Part shown: in pieces, positions 55,012 to 64,000 of the stretch | How positions within the stretch are numbered: the stretch's first letter is position 1 | Layout of the letters: each line of letters starts with the position of its first letter | Assembly: GCF_006345805.1 (NCBI RefSeq) | Contig: NC_043012.1 | Coordinates: forward strand, 33,294,001 to 33,358,000 | Reading direction: 5' to 3' | Length of the DNA stretch: 64,000 nucleotides | DNA from: Octopus sinensis | Taxonomy: Eukaryota | Program-made: the position numbers and the translations under genes | The notes under the pieces: generated by a model | The model's database searches: none | Seen by the model: the letters and a program-made list of their open reading frames with translations, nothing else | Told to the model about the DNA's origin: nothing

Positions 55012-56130
55012 TAGCGGTATTTCGTCTGCCGTTACGTTCTGAGTTCAAATTCCGCCGAGGTCGACTTTGCCTTTCATCCTTTCGGGGTCGATAAATAAAG
55101 TACCAGTTTCGCACTGGGGTCGATGTAATCGACTTAATCCCTTTGTCTGTCCTTGTTTGTCCGTCCACTCTGTGTTTAGCCCCTTGTGGGTAGTAAAGAA
55201 ATAGGTATTTCGTCTGCCGCTACGTTCTGAGTTCAAATTCCGCCGAGGTCGACTTTGCCTTTCATCCTCTCGGGGTCGATAAATAAAGTACCAGTTTCGC
55301 ACTGGGGTCGATGTAATCGACTTAATACCTATGTATGTCCTTGTTTGTCCTCTCTGTGTTTAGCCCCTTGTGGGTAGTAAAGAAATAGGTATTTTATGTC
55401 TGTCGTTACGTTCTGAGTTCAAATTCCGCCGAGGTCGACTTTGCCTTTCATCCTTTCGGTGTCGATAAATTAAATACCAGTTACGCACTGGGGTCAATGT
55501 AATCGACTTAATACCTATGTCTGTCCTTGTTTGTCCACTCTGTGTTTAGCCCCTTGTGGGTAGTAAAGAAATAGGTATTTTATGTCTGTCGTTACGTTCT
55601 GAGTTCAAATTCCGCCGAGGTCGACTTTGCCTTTCATCCTTTCGGTGTCGATAAATTAAATACCAGTTACGCACTGGGGTCAATGTAATCGACTTAATAC
55701 CTATGTCTGCCCTTGTTTGTCCACTCTGTGTTTAGCCCCTTGTGGGTAGTAAAGAAATAGGTATTTTATGTCTGTCGTTACGTTCTGAGTTCAAATTCCG
55801 CCGAGGTCGACTTTGCCTTTCATCCTTTCGGTGTCGATAAATTAAATACCAGTTACGCACTGGGGTCAATGTAATCGACTTAATACCTATGTCTGCCCTT
55901 GTTTGTCCACTCTGTGTTTAGCCCCTTGTGGGTAGTAAAGAAATAGGTATTTTATGTCTGTCGTTACGTTCTGAATTCAAATTCCGCCGAGGTCGACTTT
56001 GCCTTTCATCCTTTCGGTGTCGATAAATTAAATACCAGTTACGCACTGGGGTCAATGTAATCGACTTAATACCTATGTCTGTCCTTGTTTATTCCCTCTA
56101 TGTCTAGCCCCTTGTGGGCAATAAATAAAT
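55012..56130 (+). repeat. Head-to-tail array of six 5'-truncated S1 SINE units (~184-188 bp)
   Basis: ggtattt unit starts at 55016, 55204, 55388, 55574, 55760 and 55946. Confidence 0.95.
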
Positions 56131-56629
56131 ATATAAGATAGGATACGTTGCCATCACTTCATATAATTATACTGGTTTTATTTACAGACTAAAATAGCAG
56201 ATGACAGATTACACGAGTTACCTCCCTTCTCACTCTTTTTATCGATAACACTTCGCGGTTATGTCGCCTGCTGATCGTCTGTGTATGTGTACAAGTGTGT
56301 GTAATCATGTATGTGTGCCTGCTTGCATGTTTGATAATACGTGTAAGTGAATGTGTGCGCGTGTATAATAGATTGTGCATATGTGAACGGATGGGTGCGT
56401 ATGCATGTGTGTTCTCTGTGTGCTTGTGTATATATGAAAGTGAGTGAGTGTGTGTATGAGTGTGTGTGTGTTTGTGCGTGTGTGTTTGTGCGTGAGTGCA
56501 CGTGTATTTCTATGTGTGTGTGTGTGCAGCACAAAAAATGCATAGTTTTTCTCTTTATTCGTATCAAATTACTTTTATAAGAATTGTCAATAGCAGCGTA
56601 GCGTGTGTGTGTATCGGGTGCATGCGTGA

Positions 56630-56880
56630 AGACCCATGGCATAGTGGCTAGAGGTGATGGTCACGTATCGTAATTTCGTGGGTTCCATTCCTGAACGGTG
56701 CACCGCGTTTCGTCCTTGAGCAAGACACTTTATTTCATATTGCTTCTATTTACTCATTTGACAGTGGATACTAAGCCTAGTGCTGGCGCATCTTTCTCTC
56801 TTCGAGCGGTCACAGTCACGAAGGTCCCCTGGGTTAAGGATATGAGGAACGAATGGGAAACTACATCTGCAGGCCACTCT
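56630..56880 (+). mobile_element. Degenerate S3-like SINE
   Basis: catggcatagtggctaga head, gggttccattcc, ccttgagcaagacactttatttca core. Confidence 0.6.
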
Positions 56881-57054
56881 GTTATACACCTAAACAACTA
56901 GCGACATTATGGGGTATAAGCTGCCAGGTCGTACACGACTGCAAGTGGCCTCCTTCTTTCCTTCTTCCCTGAGCGTCCAATAATACTTTATTTGTTCCAC
57001 GTCCTCGCGTTGCTGTTTTTTTTTTGTTTTTTTTTGTGTTTTCTTGTTTGGATT

Positions 57055-57094
<40 letters not shown>

Positions 57095-57098
<4 letters not shown>

Positions 57099-57900
57099 TA
57101 AAAAAAAATATACAAACTGGGACAAGAACGTGAAACATTTAGAAGACGACACAAAAAACACGGACGGGACATTCGAAGCCTTCACTCTTCAGTCAAGAAC
57201 CGGATCATCTTCGCAATTTCGGCTGATTAATCTTGAGATTGCTCCGACCTGGCCAACCCCAAAGGAAAATCTAAGCCAAGCGCATTAGATTCCTTGGAAG
57301 AAAGCTTCGAATGTATACAACACAAGGACGGAAAACGGACGATGTACACGAATAAACATACAAAAATACGTAAAAACAATAATGATAATAATAATAACAA
57401 CAAAAACAGGACGTCACAGACAAGCGTCTTTTCGACAAGATGAGTAAAGTTTTGAGCTGGCGTTAGAAGAGGGCCTTAAGGCTACAGAGACAAACAAGTG
57501 TGTCTTGCCACAAAGACTGCTGGACACGAAAGGACAGCAGTCGTTGGCTGGTCACGTGAGGGAAAGAAAGAGGAAAAATAGGGACAGATGAAGAGAGAAA
57601 GAAGGGGAACAAGGAACAAAGGAGGAGGAGAAGAAAGAGAGAGAAAGAGACAGATCAAGTGGAGTGCAAAGTGTGAAAGGCAGAGAAATGTAGGAGAGGG
57701 GTAGAGAGACAGTGTTGTAGAGTCGTACCGTGTGTTAAAGAATATATACTTACGTATAGGGTCAAAAAGGGGTACGTCGTCGCTTATGTACATATGTAAA
57801 AATAAAAAAATATATACAAACTGGGACAAGAATGTGAAACATTTAGAAGACGACACAAAAAACACGGACGGAACATTCGAAGCCTTCAATCTTCAGTCAT
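57095..57900 (-). mobile_element. Element bounded by ~100-bp direct repeats (pseudo-LTR-like) in (TA)n
   Basis: 57095-57196 is near-identical to 57797-57899. The repeat contains CTGAAGA-(g/t)tgaaggcttc-GAATG on the minus strand. Confidence 0.55.
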
Positions 57901-58151
57901 ATATATATATATATATATATACAAAATGAGAAAATTGAGAAATACATCGAAGTCAAATATCAATTACCAGATAATACTCAATCACATACTTTATTAAACC
58001 ACTACATAAGAAACTATAAGGTTAAACATAATTATGCAGGGTAAAACAGTGTACATGAAGGAGTGTACATAAAATAGTAATGTTATATAATAAGTAGAAT
58101 ACGTATAATAGAACATAAATATAAGTACACATAAATATAAATATAGACTAT

Positions 58152-58278
58152 ATCTTACAGTTGTTTCGGCCATGTAGATAAGCATGTCTCATTCAACTCA
58201 TATTACCCATTTATGGTAGGTCAATATGTAGTTATAAATGAGACATTTACAAAAACATCCTAAGGCCTCTTCGGAGAT
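58152..58278 (-). ncRNA. Type-I hammerhead-like ribozyme with ~100-nt extended stem II
   Basis: aucu CCGAAGA GGCC...(long hairpin)...GGCC GAAAC aacu GUA agau. Confidence 0.65.
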
Positions 58279-58377
58279 TACAAATTAGATTACATATATA
58301 CTTATAAAGGTGTGGGTATATACCCCTAACAAAACATATACATATACATGAGTGCATATATATATATATATATATAT

Positions 58378-58413
<36 letters not shown>

Positions 58414-58565
58414 AAGTTAATCAAACAAGAAACACACAAAAAAACACAACAACGCGGGGACGTGGAACAAATATAGTATATTGGACGCTCATATATATAT
58501 ATATATATATTCTAATTCCTTCGGTATGAGGCAAAACAGCTTGCTGCTAGCCAACTTATTTTCTT

Positions 58566-58604
<39 letters not shown>

Positions 58605-59036
58605 GTGAAATAGAAAGATGAATAATCTTGTAGCAGATTAATCAAAAGTTTAACCGATACCTTGGTAGCAAAAATCACAGCAGAAGACAGCACGGTTGGA
58701 GGTACAACCATATGGTGTTGCAACCGTGCGTTGGTGCGGATAATTGAAATTAAAATATTATGTTCAATCTTCGTTCAGCTCCATTTCTTCAATTCACCAA
58801 TATATATATATATACCGGAGTAAACACATAAATGTGAAACAAGGTGGAAAAAAGAGTACTCAAATACCAGTGGTAGAGTAATATGCTTTATTTAAAGCAG
58901 CAGAAAATTCAACAAAACCTGTTACTCTGAGTTTCCCGTTGCCCGGGAAGGTTTACGAAAATAAACAAAAGACGAAGGCAGGTGGAGTACAAAACAAATG
59001 TATTAGTATGGCGCTCAAGAATAGAAATAGAAAAAG

Positions 59037-59074
59037 TCTTTTACGTTTCGAGCCTACGCTCTTCGACAGAAAGA
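59037..59074 (-). ncRNA. Minimal type-I hammerhead-like ribozyme within a Penelope-like fragment (58945-59105)
   Basis: ucuuu CUGUCGA A GAGC-guag-GCUC GAAAC GUA aaaga, with perfect 5-bp stem I. Confidence 0.62.
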
Positions 59075-59285
59075 TACACAGAAAAAAAACAAGGATAGAA
59101 AAAAATGCGTGTATATATATATATATTATGTATGTGTGTGTGTGTGTGTGGGGGGGTGTTTGCAAGCACTTGTGTGAAAATTCACTCGTTGTGTTGTACA
59201 TGTTCAGTTTCTATATAGGTTCAATTTTGCTATGAATTGGAGGTGTGTTTGTATCTCTGCACACGTATGCATGTGTGAGTGCGTA

Positions 59286-59326
<41 letters not shown>

Positions 59327-59574
59327 TGTGTATGCGTATGTGAGAGAGAGGGAAAGAGAAAAGAGAGAGAGAGAGAGTCAGAAAGAGAGAGATAGAGAAA
59401 GACAGGCGGGGGCTGTGTGAAGTGGTGGCAAGATATTTTAGAACTTATAAGTTTCCGAAAGTTTATTCCATTTAGAATAAACTCTTTGTTCCACTTCAAA
59501 CTAAAATTTTATGAGTCACTCCATTGAAAATTACTGTTCGATATTCTACATAACTGAGTGCATGTGCGTGCGTG

Positions 59575-59658
<84 letters not shown>

Positions 59659-59780
59659 AGTGTGTGTGTGAACGAGATTGGCCTGGTAATTAAAAGGAAG
59701 AGCTGGTGTACGTATGTGTAAGACTTTATGTATATATATATATTTGTTTGCATATGTACATCTGTATACACACGTTCATG

Positions 59781-59811
<31 letters not shown>

Positions 59812-59814
59812 TCG

Positions 59815-59850
<36 letters not shown>

Positions 59851-59977
59851 AATATATATATACATTATATACCTATATACATGTGTGAATGTGTATGAAT
59901 AGTAGATCGATAGATGGGTAGGTAGATACATACATTTACTTATACATGAATCAACGTATGTGTGTGTGTATATATAT

Positions 59978-60249
59978 AATAATAAATATTAGGGAATAAA
60001 TCCAAATTTACAGGGAAAAATCAGATTTAGGATTGAATCCAATTTTATAGTAAAATATTATAAAATATTAATTAGAGACAAAACCACTATTTTGCAAATC
60101 AAACAAGGAAAGACTTAATCAATACATTAAAAATTTATATTTATTTATTTATTTATTTATTTACTTTATATTAAAATTTTTTTTATGTATTGATTAAGTC
60201 TTTCCTTGTTTGATTTGCAAAATAGTGGTTTTGTCTCTAATTAATATTT

Positions 60250-60253
<4 letters not shown>
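59978..60253. repeat. Asymmetric fold-back element: ~80-nt unique end plus 69-bp arms
   Basis: 60059-60127 is the reverse complement of 60185-60253. The unique end resembles 44203-44286(-). Confidence 0.9.
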
Positions 60254-60329
<76 letters not shown>

Positions 60330-60542
60330 CGTAATATATATATATATATACACATGCATAAATATATGTATATGTCTGTGTGTATGTAAGTGTGTGTGTG
60401 TGTGTGTGTTTGTGTGTGTGTGTATGAAGTCCTTTAGCAATTGTCCAAGCATTTCCTTAACTTTTCACGTTCCAAGGCAGCACACCAGTTGGCAGGAGAA
60501 AACTTGGCCACAAGTAGAATATACATACATACATACATACAT

Positions 60543-60603
<61 letters not shown>

Positions 60604-61104
60604 GACAGACAGACAGACGCACGAGTGGACAGATAAACAGATAGACGGACAGATATATGTGTGTGTGTATATAATATTTCGCTTAGTTATTGTGGGACCA
60701 ATAACCCGATGTACGTATGTAGTATATTTCAGAACGAAGTGTTGGCTGAGTATAGCGTGGTTATAAGAAAGAAAGATGACAAAGGAATACTTGATTATCT
60801 TATGTACTCCATTAGCTTACTACTGCTTTGAGAAGTTACAAATATCTATTACAACTGCATAAATGAGAGATATATAATATCTACCATAAATGGGCCTCAA
60901 CTAGCGACAGAGCCTTTTATGAAAAAACAAGCGCTGCAGATACTTTTCCAAAGCTTCCTTACAAGTGGTAAACTTCTCAAAATGTCAAACGAACGTACAC
61001 TGTACCAACCATGTTTATAAAAGAGAAAACAGAACAACTGCTAAAAATTAGAAACCTATCGATCACTCTGATTTCGCACATTCGCAAAGTTTGGAGCATT
61101 ACAA

Positions 61105-61622
61105 GTTATTAGGGTCACGCTATAATATCAAGCTGACGGTTGGACCTGAAAGCAGCCGATGGGCTCCTGGAAGTGGCAGAAACAAATGCGATTGTTGAGT
61201 AATAAAGAAACAGTTGAGTGGCTGGGGCGACGGTGATGTTGGTGTTTGTTTGTTGAGCGAAGCGGTCTTCGTCCCAGAGCTCGCAAGATGGGAGAAGTCC
61301 GAAACGTGGTCTTTTGCTATTCATAAGACCTGCAGAAGAGGAAGCAGGTCAACCCCCGACACCGAGAGCATCGACGGATGAATGAATGCGCATCCAGGCT
61401 CAGCGGTTGCGTAGTAAGTCGGGGACAAGAAACAGGAAGAAAGAGTGAGAGAAAGTTCGGGCGAAAGAGTACAACAGGGGTCGCCACCACCCCCTGCTGG
61501 AGCCTCGTGGAGGTTTATGTGCTTTCGCTCAATAAACACACACAACGCCCGGTCTGGGAATCGAAACCGCGATCCTCCGACCGCGAGTCCGCTGCCCTAA
61601 CCACTGGGTAATTGCGCCTCCA
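61105..61622 (-). mobile_element. tRNA-derived SINE family S4 (tRNA-Arg-like head)
   Basis: Minus strand ggcgcaattacccagtggttagggcagcggactcgcggtcggaggatcgcggtttcgattccc with A/B boxes. 3' extent uncertain. Confidence 0.65.
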
Positions 61623-62010
61623 CTGACGTTGGTGTTGATATACTGGCGAATGGAGAAAATGTATAGCGTTGAGAGATAAAGAGAGTGTGAGGCAGAGAAT
61701 TCTAAGAAGTGAGATGCTAAGGGTGGGAGTTAAAGCAAACATGCAAGAGAAAGAGCAGAAAGTAAAAAATTGTGAGGGTGAGAGCGAGAGTAGGATGGAA
61801 AGGAGAAGGAAGAATATGAACATGTAGCAAAGTCTATCCTCTCATACCCGTATCTAACTTTCTCTCCCACTTCTACGTTTGTTTGTAGTGCTTTTGTAGT
61901 GCATTTTCGTATATAAAATATTGGTATCATTACTTGGATGTATTAATTCGATACACGAATATAATACAATGCTAAGATCTATATAAATTCGTGCGTGTCA
62001 GTGTCTCTCT

Positions 62011-62850
62011 CGAGGGGGTACCCAAAAGAAACCGGAATTTTGCAATATTATTTTATTCACTTTGTTTCACATGTGTACACTTTTATCACCTTCAAACTAT
62101 TCCCCATTTGAAGCAATACATCGGTCCAGGTGCGTTTTCCACTATTCGAAGCAGTGCTGGAACTCTTGCGAAGTGATGCCTTTTAGCGCCTCCGTCGTTT
62201 TTTTCCCTTCATCTCTTCCACATCTGCAAATTCTGTTGCACCAGCTTTTGTCGCCATTGATGACCTTCGAAAAAAGGTCCAGATCTACTTCCAACTGTTC
62301 ATTCAGTTCACGACACGCATTCAGTCGTGACTGCTTTTGATCTTCTGTGAGCAAGCGAGGCACAAATTTTGATGCAACTCTTTTCATTCGCTATTCCTCG
62401 CTCAAAATTCGTTGACAAGAGCTCCAGAACACAGAAGCCACATCAACATGATCGTTAATTGTTCAGTGACGGTCCTCCAACATCAGTTCATGAATTTTCA
62501 TGTTTTCATTCGTTCGGGAGGTCGACTGTCGCTTTGAATGAGGCTGGTCTTCACGCGACAAGTAACCATTCCAAATGCATGACAACAATTTGAAGCATGA
62601 CAACAGTTTCGACGACCGTTTTCCCCAGCAGGAAACAGAATTTCATTGAAGCAAGATGTTCCTTTATTTCAGCCATTGCAAAAATCCACGAACATGGGAG
62701 AAGCACTGCGAAACAAAGTGGCAGTACGACTTCAGTTGACACCGTCGTGCGGCAGACTGATGCCTGAGGGTCGCATCAAGTGGCGGAAGCCTGAACTACA
62801 ACAGGTTTGTTCCCCAGAGAACGTTTCCTGTTACTTTTGGGTACCCCATC
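62011..62850 (-). mobile_element. Internally deleted mariner element
   Basis: TIRs cga(g/t)ggggtacccaaaag. MKFCFLLGKT..ET, MKRVASKFVPRLLTEDQKQSR, KVINGDKSWC. Confidence 0.88.
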
Positions 62851-62852
62851 GG

Positions 62853-62962
<110 letters not shown>

Positions 62963-62964
62963 TG

Positions 62965-64000
62965 ACAGTTTCCGACTAGACCACCCGAATGTGCCAACGT
63001 GGACATGGAGCAACCGCATCGGGTCGTCGAGATCGTATCTAGATAGGATACTGTGTAGGACAGTAGATAGAGATAGCATAGGATGTCCACATTTCCAGCT
63101 ACACGGATCACAAACTTGTGACATGTACGCTAGACTTAGGTAAGACACTTAGGCAGGGTCCCGGATACTGGAAACTAAACGCGTCTTTCCCATCGAGACA
63201 GGTTTTCAGAGACCGGATTAGCACACTAGTAAAGAGGGCTTTGACGGGAGCCATCATCAACAACAAATGGTGGTTTGCCCTCAAGAGAGCTGTAAAAGCA
63301 GAAGCGATTAGGTACAGCAAAGCACTAGCCATAGATAGAAATAGTGTAGAGGGTGAGCTAGTTAAGAAGTTAGAAGAGGCAATTAGAAGCGGCATCGCAT
63401 CCGACGTTTTGGCGGCGAGGTTGGCCCTCGACCATCACTTCAACGCCAAACACGAAGGGTGTGCTGTCAGAGCTAGAATGCGCGCTCTAAGGAACGAAGG
63501 TGTTGGAGCCGCGAGAGAGGCCCGGGTGGCAGAGGCGCAACAGGGCAACAAAGCCACCATTCGGTCTCTGGTAGATGAACAGGGGCGCGAATTGATCGAG
63601 CCAAGTAAAATGTGTGAGGCCTTTCAACAGCATTTTGCCCGACTGTTCGGGACGAGTGGCGGGCAAGGCGTAGGGTGGACTTCAGTGCCTACCTACACAG
63701 CCTACCACGACTCTCGGCAAGAGAGGCAGAGTGCTGCGAAGGTGCCATCACGGCGGCGGATGTGTGGGACGCGATGGCAGAATGCTCGAGGGACAAATCG
63801 CTGGGTTTGGATGGTCTACCCTACGAGCTTTACAGTTGTATGCCAGACTTGTTTGGAGACGTCTTGGCAGCGGTGTACTGCAACTGGAAGCAAAACGGGA
63901 GCATTCCTGGTTTTGTGAGCCGAGGAGCCGTAACACTGCTGAAGAAAGATCTAAACAAGGGAAATGTAATAGATAACTTTAGGCCCATCACTCTGCTCAA
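62965..64000 (+). mobile_element. Tx1-clade LINE ORF2 fragment (end of endonuclease to start of RT), frameshifted, runs off window
   Basis: TWTWSN..SRSYLDRIL, DHKLV, GPGYWKLNAS, KSLGLDGLPYELY, VTLLKK..NFRPITLL. Confidence 0.9.

Noticed and set aside
55012-56130. CRISPR-like or hammerhead retrozyme array
   Set aside because: There are no unique spacers and no CUGANGA/GAAA fold was found in the unit. The units are SINE bodies.
57170-57200. Hammerhead in the direct repeats (CUGAAGA...GAAUG)
   Set aside because: GAAA is replaced by GAAU and stems I/III are unconvincing. Kept only as part of the element description.
61280-61320. GAAACGTGGTC hammerhead half within the S4 region
   Set aside because: No upstream core in register.

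Overview
AT-rich, microsatellite-saturated eukaryotic DNA with no confidently identifiable host gene. The repeat inventory ((TA)n, (TATG)n, (TAA)n, (TCTA)n, (CA)n, several tRNA-derived SINE families, Dong/R4, CR1, Tx1 and RTE LINEs) suggests a coleoid cephalopod, most likely Octopus (inference, not database-verified). Nearly all long ORFs in the track are translations of microsatellites. Recognisable coding remnants are all transposon-derived: a near-complete but frameshifted CR1-type LINE (18.1-21.5 kb), many Dong/R4-type fragments, Tx1 fragments at both ends, a Gypsy remnant with PBS, several Tc1/mariner relics, a hAT relic and a Helitron-like element. There is a 100-N gap at 53106-53205. 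The most interesting signals are non-coding. (i) Several short elements embedded in microsatellites carry type-I hammerhead-ribozyme folds typical of Penelope-like element termini, with recurrent non-canonical cores (CCGA-/CUGU- instead of CUGA-). (ii) A family of asymmetric fold-back elements shares a covarying helix and conserved flanking motifs. (iii) A SINE forms a ~186-bp head-to-tail array whose junction matches its apparent TATTT target. (iv) A SINE and the CR1 LINE share a covarying 3' stem-loop. All coordinates and alignments were made by eye.
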